Below are positions 8,324-16,162 of a stretch of 36,208 bases of DNA, in pieces. Every line of letters begins with the position of its first letter. The first letter of the stretch is position 1. Source of the stretch: a virus. Lineage: Duplodnaviria > Caudoviricetes. The stretch spans positions 1-36,208 of IMG/VR virus record IMGVR_UViG_3300037785_000033, one strand, 5' to 3'. The notes beneath the pieces are model-generated. The model was not told the DNA's origin. It did no database searches and saw nothing but the letters and a program-made list of their open reading frames with translations. Both the position numbers and the translations under genes were made by a program.

Positions 8324-8376
8324 GCCATGGCAAGCAGAGACCAACCTGCCTTTCGGGGGCTACCCCTAGCCACGGC
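8324..8376 (-). ncRNA. Candidate structured RNA (three-way junction) in the primase leader
   Basis: GCCGTGGC-TA-GGGG(TAGC)CCCC-GAAAG-GCAG(GTTGGTCT)CTGC-TT-GCCATGGC; three stems found by eye. Confidence 0.45.
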
Positions 8377-8719
8377 GAAGCAATGTTATTGCATCCTCCG
8401 GAGATCGACAAACGCCGGCGATCCCTCCGGCTTTATTCACATTATTTATAAATTTAAGCTGCTCTTTTGTAGGACGGCCTTTTTCCGTCTTTATTTCCAC
8501 GGCTAAAAATTTACCATTCGGAGCGATGCCGATAATATCGGAGCTTCCTACCTGTAGCCCGCATGGAATCATTCGAGCGCTTTTTAAAGTAACCTGATCG
8601 CCGGCTTTATGTATCAGTGTACCCTGCCAAAAATTCCCAACATTGTTTCTAAATACAATACAGCCGGCCTCAGAAAGCGTCACCATAATCGCGCGTTGTA
8701 GTGCTGTCTCTTTGTTCAT
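8366..8719 (-). CDS. VRR-NUC domain nuclease (PD-(D/E)XK; resolvase-like)
   Basis: GSSDIIG...FLAVEIKTEKGRPTKEQLKF...GGIAGVCRS. Confidence 0.9.
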   Translation of the reverse strand: MNKETALQRAIMVTLSEAGCIVFRNNVGNFWQGTLIHKAGDQVTLKSARMIPCGLQVGSSDIIGIAPNGKFLAVEIKTEKGRPTKEQLKFINNVNKAGGIAGVCRSPEDAITLLRRG

Positions 8720-10172
8720 TTTTCACCTGTATAAATATATTTTTTGCTTCCTGAAATTCTTCCCGCGTAGGCTTTCGTCCGGCTCGAGCGGCAATTGTGA
8801 TAGCAGCCCATTCAGCCGGCTTCCGCATTTGGCGGCGAATACCTAAATTTACCAATTCTTGCAGCGTTCTGGATTGCCCCTGCTCGCGCTTCCTTTCTCG
8901 GCGAGCGGCCTCGATATCTACCTGTACCAGATCGCCGTCGACTTCCTCGAGCTCTCGGTGCTGTACTGGCACTGGATGGCCGCATTGAGGACACTTTTCT
9001 GGGCCTTTTTTAAATACGTGATAGCATTCTCGGCATTGCTGAACAGTGAAAGCTTGTTCATCTTCCCGCTTCTGTGTTTTCTTTCTGCCGCCGAGGCTCC
9101 ATTCTCTGTCCTCGCATGGCAATCCGTGGCGCATAAAGCAACCAGCATGATCGAGGATTATTGCGGGCCTCGGCTTTTTGCGTAGCGCTCTAAAAACCAT
9201 TTGAAGATAACGCGCCAGGCTCATAGTTGGCCGCAATAAAATACAGGCCTCTATGGGAACCTCTCGGCCTACCTGCGAGGAAAGATCGAAGCCCTCAATG
9301 ACCAGCTCGCAATTGCACAGAACCAGATATCTACCATCAGCGAGCCCTTCGCATGCGTCTTTTAATTCTGCTTCTGTAGTATCAGCGTCAACGTGGACAG
9401 CAGAGATTCCCGCTGCATTAAAAGCTTGGCAAGTATGAATGCTGTGCTCTACATTGACGCAATAACAAACAGTGCGAAGACCTAAAGCGTATTTTTTCCA
9501 GTGAGCAATCGCATCGCCGACGATTCTCGGCTTGTCCATTACTTCGGCAAGCTCTTGAGTATTGTAATCGCCATGCTTTTTAACAGCTGATAGATTTGGA
9601 GTATTTGGCACGGTGTATGCTATGTAATCAGACAGCCGGCCCTGATCAATCAACCAGCGCACAGATTTCGCCTCGATCAGATCATCGAATAAAGCTCCGA
9701 GGCCTTTTCCGTCTAATCGATCCGGTGTGCCAGTAAGCCCGATCACAAGAACGCCGTTTTCTTTCGCCCATTCAATTACTGTCTCGAATCTGCTACCTCG
9801 AGCAAGGTGCGCCTCGTCGATAAACATAATCGAAGGCGGGGCTAGCGAGGAATATCGGCTGTAAAGTGTTCCGATAGTAGCAATCTGAATCGGTAAATTT
9901 GAGCGCATTTTTCCGGAAGTGATTAGACCGTGCTCGATATGAGCAGACCAGAAAGATTTACTCGTTTGCCTGAGTAGATTTTTCCGATGCACTACAAACC
10001 AAACAGAAGCAGCTGCATTTTTATGCCGCGCCTGTTCTGTTATATAAGCTGCAACTACGGTTTTACCGAATGCTGGGGCCGCCACTCCGAGAATTGATTT
10101 TTTCCCTCTTTGTATCGAGCCTCGTAAAAGCTGGACGAATTCGGCTTGATCGTCGTAGAGATTAACCCGCAT
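8670..10172 (-). CDS. SF2 DEAH-box helicase with a C-terminal zinc ribbon
   Basis: PAFGKT, FIDEAH, LTGTP, EGFD, YLQMVFRALR, CRECY...CPQCG. Confidence 0.92.
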   Translation of the reverse strand: MRVNLYDDQAEFVQLLRGSIQRGKKSILGVAAPAFGKTVVAAYITEQARHKNAAASVWFVVHRKNLLRQTSKSFWSAHIEHGLITSGKMRSNLPIQIATIGTLYSRYSSLAPPSIMFIDEAHLARGSRFETVIEWAKENGVLVIGLTGTPDRLDGKGLGALFDDLIEAKSVRWLIDQGRLSDYIAYTVPNTPNLSAVKKHGDYNTQELAEVMDKPRIVGDAIAHWKKYALGLRTVCYCVNVEHSIHTCQAFNAAGISAVHVDADTTEAELKDACEGLADGRYLVLCNCELVIEGFDLSSQVGREVPIEACILLRPTMSLARYLQMVFRALRKKPRPAIILDHAGCFMRHGLPCEDREWSLGGRKKTQKREDEQAFTVQQCRECYHVFKKGPEKCPQCGHPVPVQHRELEEVDGDLVQVDIEAARRERKREQGQSRTLQELVNLGIRRQMRKPAEWAAITIAARAGRKPTREEFQEAKNIFIQVKNEQRDSTTTRDYGDAF

Positions 10173-10359
10173 CCTTTTCGGCTTCCTTGTCCATTCTATC
10201 CATTACAGTATTAAGGGTGGTATAGGTGCTTGTGTAGATATCGTGCCGCTTGCCATTGGCGAGAGCAAAGACTGTTTTGTACGCCATTCCGGCCCGCCTG
10301 GCTACCTCGGAAAGATTGCGCCCTTGCAGCCTTTCGGCTATTTCTTCGATCATTGTCAT
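10162..10359 (-). CDS. Cro-like HTH regulator
   Basis: RNLSEVARRAGMAYKTVFALANG; first gene of the leftward unit at a divergent intergenic region. Confidence 0.8.
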   Translation of the reverse strand: MTMIEEIAERLQGRNLSEVARRAGMAYKTVFALANGKRHDIYTSTYTTLNTVMDRMDKEAEKDAG

Positions 10360-10448
10360 AAGCTTTTTTCTCTATAGAATTATTGATTTCTATACTGTAG
10401 CATATAGCCCGCAGTACATAAAAGTCCATAATAATTACGAGGTAAAAA

Positions 10449-11312
10449 ATGATACAAGTAATTGAATACGAACCAGGTATGAAAATCGAACCGCCTTGCT
10501 TTATTGCAAATATGCCAATGGAGGATTATCACAATTACTCCGAAGGCATTAGCTCAAGCGGTCTTAAGGCCATTTTGATCAGCCCAGCTCACTTTCGATA
10601 TATGGAGCCTTACGCTACTACTCGAGCGCAAGAGATGGGCACAGCTATCCATACAGCTTTACTCGAGCCAGAGCGCTTTAAATCTGAGTATCTGGCACTC
10701 CGAGAGGTAACAGATCGGCGGGCGAGCGCTTACAAGGAAGCGATAAAAGTCCACCCGAAAGAAAAGGTATTAACCGGCCTCGAGGCCGATAAAGTAATCG
10801 GCATGCAGGAAAGTGTGTTATCGAATGATGCAATAAAAAGCTTATTCACTGCCGAGGGTTGGCGCGAACTTTCGCTATTTGTACGCCATCCTGATACCGG
10901 CGCAATTGTCCGATGCAGATACGATCTGATTACCGCCACCGGAGTAGCGATCGATCTTAAAAAGACACGGGACGCCCGCCCTGACGCATTCAGCCGTGCA
11001 ATATTGAACTACGAGTATGATTTGCAAGCGGCCTTATATGCAGACGCTTTCGAATGGGCCACAGGCGAGCGTATCGACTTATTTTTTGCAGCCGTCGAGG
11101 AGAGCATGCCGCACGGGGTAAAGCTTTACCGCCCTGACGATACTGTGCTCAGCGAGGGCCGCAGAAAATACAAGGAAGGCCTGCAAATATTTGCCGATAG
11201 CGAAAGCGCCGGCGATTGGCCAAATCTGGAATGCACCGAGCCGGAGCTTATAGGCCTACCGGCTTGGCGCGTGAACCAAATAGAAAACGAGCTTTTGGAG
11301 GCAATAGAATGA
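10449..11312 (+). CDS. Exonuclease VIII/RecE-like PD-(D/E)XK nuclease (DUF3799-type)
   Basis: ISSSGLK..L.SPAHF, GTAIHTALLEP, RCRYD...IDLKKT, YDLQAALY. Confidence 0.88.
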   Translation: MIQVIEYEPGMKIEPPCFIANMPMEDYHNYSEGISSSGLKAILISPAHFRYMEPYATTRAQEMGTAIHTALLEPERFKSEYLALREVTDRRASAYKEAIKVHPKEKVLTGLEADKVIGMQESVLSNDAIKSLFTAEGWRELSLFVRHPDTGAIVRCRYDLITATGVAIDLKKTRDARPDAFSRAILNYEYDLQAALYADAFEWATGERIDLFFAAVEESMPHGVKLYRPDDTVLSEGRRKYKEGLQIFADSESAGDWPNLECTEPELIGLPAWRVNQIENELLEAIE

Positions 11313-11923
11313 ACCAAGCAACGAATGACGAGCACGACGTAAGCTTTGCGCTCGAGGCAAAATCGGACCAGCTTAATGCTGTGGATATTATCGGCGTTGA
11401 GCCTGTAATAAAAATTCGCGAAGTAAAAGTCCGGAAAGGCGAGCAGCCGGTCTGGATTTATTTCGAGGGCGACAATAATCGCCCATGGAAGCCCAGCAAG
11501 GGCATGCTGCGAATTTTAGCGGGCGCATGGGGCCGAGACTCCTCCGCATGGGTAGGGAAATCGGTACAGATATACAATGAGCCCACGGTGGTTTATGCCG
11601 GCAAGCAAATCGGCGGCATAAGAATCCGAGCGCTTTCTGATATCGATTCGCGAGGGCTAAATTTTAGCCTTACTATAAACAGGCAGAAGCGCGAGCCTTA
11701 TCACGTGCCGCTGTTGAATATAGATACCAAGCCTTACCCTCAAGACAAATTCGATAAAGCTTTCGGAAAAATGCAGGAGCTTCTGGAATCCGGCGAAAAG
11801 ACATTAAGTCAGATCGTCGCGCAGTGCCAGAAGACCGGCCACTTGACGAGCGAGCAGTATGCCCGCCTCGAAGCCGTGGCACCGATTGAAGTATCGAATG
11901 AGCATGATGACGAAATAATGTAG
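11309..11923 (+). CDS. Phage protein of unknown function coupled to the exonuclease (204 aa)
   Basis: ATGA overlap with the exonuclease stop, GGAGG RBS, KSDQLNA motif. Confidence 0.75.
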   Translation: MNQATNDEHDVSFALEAKSDQLNAVDIIGVEPVIKIREVKVRKGEQPVWIYFEGDNNRPWKPSKGMLRILAGAWGRDSSAWVGKSVQIYNEPTVVYAGKQIGGIRIRALSDIDSRGLNFSLTINRQKREPYHVPLLNIDTKPYPQDKFDKAFGKMQELLESGEKTLSQIVAQCQKTGHLTSEQYARLEAVAPIEVSNEHDDEIM

Positions 11924-11929
11924 AGCATC

Positions 11930-11949
11930 GCCCCAGCTTCGGCTGGGGC
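11930..11949 (+). other. GC-rich C(UUCG)G tetraloop hairpin
   Basis: GCCCCAGC-TTCG-GCTGGGGC, intergenic, with no adjacent U tract. Confidence 0.7.
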
Positions 11950-11976
11950 ATCGCTTTCCCTGCATTAGGTGGAAAA

Positions 11977-12255
11977 ATGAACAAACAAAAAGCAGAGAAA
12001 AAAATACGCAGGAAAATAACGAGGGCGAAACTGTGTCCGTTTTGCGGAAACAGGCCAAAATTTGAAGTTTACTGTGATAATGATATAAGCCCGCATGGCA
12101 GCTTCGGTCATTACGCAAAAAGGAAAGGGTGCTGTCAGCCAACCAAGGCAGGCCAGACAGAGCTGTTTTTTACTAATAATTTTGCCCCGCCGAATTACTG
12201 GCTCTGGTGGCAAATGCTCAGCGCATTAGTGAATGATTGGAACCGAAGGGTTTAG
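11977..12255 (+). CDS. Hypothetical protein with a CPFCG zinc knuckle (Lar-like N-terminus)
   Basis: LCPFCG...GCC; AGGTGG RBS. Confidence 0.6.
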   Translation: MNKQKAEKKIRRKITRAKLCPFCGNRPKFEVYCDNDISPHGSFGHYAKRKGCCQPTKAGQTELFFTNNFAPPNYWLWWQMLSALVNDWNRRV

Positions 12256-12300
12256 CGGCCTTTTATAAATTAATACTTAATCAATCAAAGAGGAAAAACC

Positions 12301-12789
12301 ATGGCACAACGTGGAGTAAATAAAGTAATCCTTGTAGGCAATATCGGGCAAGATCCAGAGCTCAAAAGCCTACCCAGCGGCAGCGCGGTCTGTAATGCGA
12401 GCCTCGCTACCTCCGAAGTCTGGAAGGACAAGCAGAGCGGCCAGCAGCAAGAGCGCACCGAATGGCACCGGCTTGTATTTTTTAATCGGCTGGCGGAAGT
12501 GGTCGGCGAGTACGTGAAGAAAGGTTCAAAAATCTATGTAGAGGGTCGGCTTCAAACTCGTAAATGGCAAGATCAGAGCGGGCAAGATCGGTACACAACT
12601 GAGATTGTATGCAACGAAATGCAGATGCTTGACAGCAGGAATAGCGGCGGCCAAGGCGCACCAGGCAGCTCGGCACCGGCTTATTCGGGCCCAGCGGCGC
12701 AGCAATCACAGCAGCCGGCAGCACAACAAGCCCCGCAAAATCAGCCGCAGCCGAATTTCGACGATTTCGACGATGATATCCCGTTCTAA
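12301..12789 (+). CDS. ssb: Single-stranded DNA-binding protein
   Basis: [11 protein letters not shown]...TEWHR...YTTEI; acidic DDDIPF tail. Confidence 0.98.
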   Translation: MAQRGVNKVILVGNIGQDPELKSLPSGSAVCNASLATSEVWKDKQSGQQQERTEWHRLVFFNRLAEVVGEYVKKGSKIYVEGRLQTRKWQDQSGQDRYTTEIVCNEMQMLDSRNSGGQGAPGSSAPAYSGPAAQQSQQPAAQQAPQNQPQPNFDDFDDDIPF

Positions 12790-12791
12790 AA

Positions 12792-13034
12792 ATGCTTTTA
12801 GTAATTGATCAATTAAATCGATATCTAGCCGGCGACGATAACGTGAGCGCCGGCGTAAAATCATGGGCGCGCTTGCACATATATAAACAGGCGCGCGAAA
12901 TTGTGCTTTTGAATAATCCGGCGCGGCAGCGTGAAGCAATAGAAAAAGCTCCGGACAATATTCGAGAGCTGCTTAGAAAAGAGTGCCGAAGATATTTCGA
13001 TATGCACTATAAACAGAGGGGTGTAAATGAATGA
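12792..13034 (+). CDS. Hypothetical protein (80 aa)
   Basis: Tightly packed between ssb and the methyltransferase. Confidence 0.65.
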   Translation: MLLVIDQLNRYLAGDDNVSAGVKSWARLHIYKQAREIVLLNNPARQREAIEKAPDNIRELLRKECRRYFDMHYKQRGVNE

Positions 13035-13759
13035 GCTGGCTTTATTCGCGGGCGCTGGTGGAGGAATACTCGCAGGAAAAATGCTCGGATGGCGAACGGT
13101 CTGCGCCGTTGAATTCGAGCCCTACCCCGCTAGCGTACTTGCACAAAGACAAAATGACGGAATTCTCCCGCCTTTCCCGATCTGGGATGATGTTCGAACC
13201 TTTGACGGCAAGCCGTGGCGAGGAATTGTTGACGTTATATCTGGCGGATTTCCATGCCAGGACATTTCAATTTCGGGACGAGGGGCCGGAATCGCAGGCG
13301 AGCGAAGCGGATTATGGGGAGAAATGTCCCGCATTATTAGCGAAGTACGACCCCGCTACGCATTCATTGAAAACAGCCCAATGCTTGTTAATAGAGGGCT
13401 CGACAGAGTGCTCTGTGATCTTGCCTCGATGGGGTTTAATGCAAAATGGGGAGTTATATCAGCAGCCAGTGTCGGCGCACCCCATAAAAGAGACAGGCTC
13501 TGGATTGTGGCCCACTCCGATACAAACAGACTACAAGGGCGCGCCCAGCCCCGAGAAAGTAAAGGAAAGACAGGCAGCGTCAAAACGGGGGGGTAAGGCT
13601 TCCCGAGGAAGTGGTGAGACGCGGGGAAGTTGGGCCATTGAACCCAGAATGGGTAGAGTGGCTCATGGGGTGGCCGCAAGGGTGGACAGACTTAAAGCCA
13701 TTGGCAACGGACAAGTGCCAGAATGTGCCGCCGAAGCTTGGCGAATCTTAAAGCCGTGA
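13027..13759 (+). pseudogene. C5-cytosine DNA methyltransferase, dual-frame type, frameshifted at about the G7 run (13587-13593)
   Basis: Motifs LFAGAGG, GGFPCQD, IENS and HKRDR in 13027-13596. Motif X (RLKAIGNGQVP) lies one frame over, ending 13759. Motif IX-like LNPEWVEWLMGWP lies in the third frame, ending 13751. Confidence 0.8.
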
Positions 13760-13799
13760 TATTCAGCCTCTTTTATGCAAAAAAGATATATAAAAATAT

Positions 13800-13828
13800 T
13801 TGATATCAGTCCTGGCGGCGATTAACGT
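13800..13828 (+). promoter_or_regulatory. Sigma70-like promoter for the rightward accessory genes
   Basis: TTGATA-17 nt-TAACGT with an AT-rich upstream tract. Confidence 0.55.
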
Positions 13829-13860
13829 CTGTTTAACAAATCAAAACAAAGGGCAAAAAG

Positions 13861-14031
13861 ATGAAAAATGTATGCACCTGTAACGCTTACGAATTTCCCC
13901 ACCGAGAAAATGGCGGGAAATGCGAAGGCGAAAATGAAACTCTCGGTACTGAATTCACCGACGGCGAGCAGGCTTATGCTGATATACGCGCCGATAATGC
14001 CGCCGCAGCGGCTCGGGAGTGCCAGTCATGA
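13861..14031 (+). CDS. Small Cys/His protein (56 aa)
   Basis: Hand translation MKNVCTCNAYEFPHRENGGKC...; ATGA overlap with the next ORF. Confidence 0.65.
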   Translation: MKNVCTCNAYEFPHRENGGKCEGENETLGTEFTDGEQAYADIRADNAAAAARECQS

Positions 14032-14273
14032 GTAATAAAATCGACAGGCTTTCCCACTTTCTTTTGTGTAACGTAAAGCTTCCGAAATATATCGCATGCT
14101 CGAGAGCGCGCGGTATTACTAATAAATTACCACTCGAGCAGAGAAAAAAGCACTACAGCAATATAGCTGCTCATCAAAATAAACTCCGCGCTGATATCAG
14201 GCGCTTAGCGGGCATAAAATATGAAAACTTATCAAATTACCTACAGGCTCACAGACGGCTCGATTCTCACTGA
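14028..14273 (+). CDS. Hypothetical basic protein (81 aa)
   Basis: ATGA overlap, GGGAG RBS. Confidence 0.55.
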   Translation: MSNKIDRLSHFLLCNVKLPKYIACSRARGITNKLPLEQRKKHYSNIAAHQNKLRADIRRLAGIKYENLSNYLQAHRRLDSH

Positions 14274-14388
14274 ATCCGTTCTATCGAAAAGCTTCTCGGG
14301 AGCGCTTTTTGCGCTTCTCGAGAATAGGGCCGTTCGTGAAATTATCCACATGCGGCGCAGTAATAAATCAATAATAATCGGAGCTTAA
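14221..14388 (+). CDS. Hypothetical protein (55 aa, MKTYQITYRLTDGS...)
   Basis: Hand translation; overlaps the preceding ORF by 53 bp. Confidence 0.5.
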   Translation: MKTYQITYRLTDGSILTESVLSKSFSGALFALLENRAVREIIHMRRSNKSIIIGA

Positions 14389-14390
14389 AA

Positions 14391-14483
14391 ATGCAAAATG
14401 CAAAATTCGCATTAATGATAATGGTCGGCATCGCTGCAATGATGGCATTTAGCGCAATCATGGCCTTTTGTGCGCTGGGCTAA
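14391..14483 (+). CDS. 30-aa hydrophobic peptide
   Basis: MQNAKFALMIMVGIAAMMAFSAIMAFCALG; GGAG RBS. Confidence 0.5.
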   Translation: MQNAKFALMIMVGIAAMMAFSAIMAFCALG

Positions 14484-14495
14484 ATATATAAATCA

Positions 14496-15176
14496 ATGAC
14501 CATCGAAATTATAAATGCCGATTGCATGGATTATATGAGCGGCCTGCCCGACAAGGCGTTTGATCTGGCAATCGTCGACCCGCCCTACGGCGTGAAGCAA
14601 GACGGCCACCGAGAAAACAATCGTTCGAAGCTGGCAAAATCAAGAAATTATCATAAAGCCTTATGGGCCCAGCAAAGGCCGGAGCCTGAATACTTTTCCG
14701 AGCTTTTCCGAGTATCAGAAAATCAAATAATATTTGGCGGTAATCACTTGGCCGATCTGATTGGCAAAAAATCGCCTTGCTGGCTTGTCTGGGATAAGCA
14801 CACAACGGGCGGCTTTGCAGATTGCGAGCTTGCCTACACAAGCTTTGACACAGCTGTAAGAAAATTCGATTACCCGTGGAACGGGATGATTCAGGGTTTT
14901 TTCGGCAAAAAATCGATTAACGAAGATAGGATTCACCCCACCCAGAAGCCGGTAGCTTTGTATAAATGGATACTGAGTAATTACGCCAAGGCTGGCGATA
15001 GAATCCTTGATACGCACTTAGGCTCCGGCTCGAGCGCTATTGCGGCCCATTACAGCGGCTTCGATTTTGTAGGGCTAGAGATTGATCAAAATTATTACCA
15101 GGCTGCCATGGCGAGATTCGAGCGCGAGACAGCGCAACTGGATCTGCTCGCGCCGTTTGCTGGTAGCCATTCCTGA
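14496..15176 (+). CDS. N6-adenine/N4-cytosine DNA methyltransferase (beta class)
   Basis: DPPY near the N-terminus, HPTQKP, ILDTHLGSGSS. Confidence 0.95.
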   Translation: MTIEIINADCMDYMSGLPDKAFDLAIVDPPYGVKQDGHRENNRSKLAKSRNYHKALWAQQRPEPEYFSELFRVSENQIIFGGNHLADLIGKKSPCWLVWDKHTTGGFADCELAYTSFDTAVRKFDYPWNGMIQGFFGKKSINEDRIHPTQKPVALYKWILSNYAKAGDRILDTHLGSGSSAIAAHYSGFDFVGLEIDQNYYQAAMARFERETAQLDLLAPFAGSHS

Positions 15177-15379
15177 AGGAGAGAAGTGATGAAAAAATGT
15201 AAATCGAAAACTGTGTGCGGAAAACTGGCAGACGGTACGGTTTTGTATAGAAACTGCAAAAGAGCAGGAGCATATCAAGGCTTTTGCTATCAGCATACGA
15301 ACGGAAAAGATAAGACAGGCGCTGGCGGATTTATCAGAACAAGTCTCAAAACTGGCAATCAGGTTTAGCCATTCCTGAA
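15164..15379 (+). repeat. 14-bp direct repeat TAGCCATTCCTGAA (15164-15177 and 15366-15379)
   Basis: Exact copies flanking one small ORF. Confidence 0.8.
15189..15368 (+). CDS. Small Cys-rich protein (59 aa)
   Basis: AAGGAG RBS; C...C...C...CYQH pattern. Confidence 0.6.
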   Translation: MKKCKSKTVCGKLADGTVLYRNCKRAGAYQGFCYQHTNGKDKTGAGGFIRTSLKTGNQV

Positions 15380-15400
15380 CCTAACCAAAAGGGAGAGTGA

Positions 15401-16162
15401 GTGATGGTATCTAAAAAAATCTCAAACCCAGATATAAATTTTACAGATAGCTGGCAGGGCTATACGAGCGAATTGCACAGCCCTTCCATGTCGCGAATGG
15501 AAAAAATAAACGAGCTTACAGAAGGCGTTGAAGTTGATTTAGACGAGCCACTGCCGCCAGAAGATGATGATGCCGATACAAACACAGGAGGCATAGAAGC
15601 CATGACAAACTGGAGAGATGAGGTTACAAGGCGCGTTCTTAAGTGGACTCGTTACGAGCCAGATACGGGAAAGGTGATATGGCTGGAAAGGGAAAATAAC
15701 AAGCAATTCACCTCTAAGTTTGCAGGCAAGGAGGCGGGGAAGGTGTCTGCCCATGGAAATTCTTTTTATCGATATTTGGGCTTTAAAATTGACGGAAAAA
15801 CAAAAAACGTTGCCGCCCATACCGTTGCCATGATTCATATACACGGCGAATACCCAAAACATGGGGATGAAGTGGATCACATTGACGGGGACGGACTTAA
15901 TAACAGAGCCGAAAATTTGCGGCTTGTAGATCACAGCACAAACGGCAAAAACAGCAGGCTAATGTCCAACAATAAAAGCGGAATTTCTGGAGTGCGCTGG
16001 GACGAAAAAAGAAAATATTGGATTTCTCTTGTGAGAGTAAATAAAAAATCAAAAATATTGGCATTTACTGAAGATTTTTTTGAGGCGTGTTGTTTGCGCA
16101 AGTCTGCCGAAAGAAAACACAACTACCACGAAAATCACGGCAGGAGAGTTCGCAATGGATAA
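15401..16162 (+). CDS. HNH endonuclease with an AP2-like C-terminal domain (internal start likely at 15602)
   Basis: VDHIDGDGLNNRAENLR, NNKSGISGVRW; GGAGG RBS before ATG 15602. Confidence 0.88.
   Translation: MMVSKKISNPDINFTDSWQGYTSELHSPSMSRMEKINELTEGVEVDLDEPLPPEDDDADTNTGGIEAMTNWRDEVTRRVLKWTRYEPDTGKVIWLERENNKQFTSKFAGKEAGKVSAHGNSFYRYLGFKIDGKTKNVAAHTVAMIHIHGEYPKHGDEVDHIDGDGLNNRAENLRLVDHSTNGKNSRLMSNNKSGISGVRWDEKRKYWISLVRVNKKSKILAFTEDFFEACCLRKSAERKHNYHENHGRRVRNG

Noticed and set aside
5599-10378. TCTCTATAGA shared between the origin and the divergent promoter region
   Set aside because: Only 10 bp and two copies in AT-rich DNA, so it cannot be distinguished from chance by eye.
10484-10495. Second GGCGGTTCGATT T-loop-like match on the minus strand
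   Set aside because: There is no complementary T-stem, acceptor stem or CCA; it lies antisense within the exonuclease gene.
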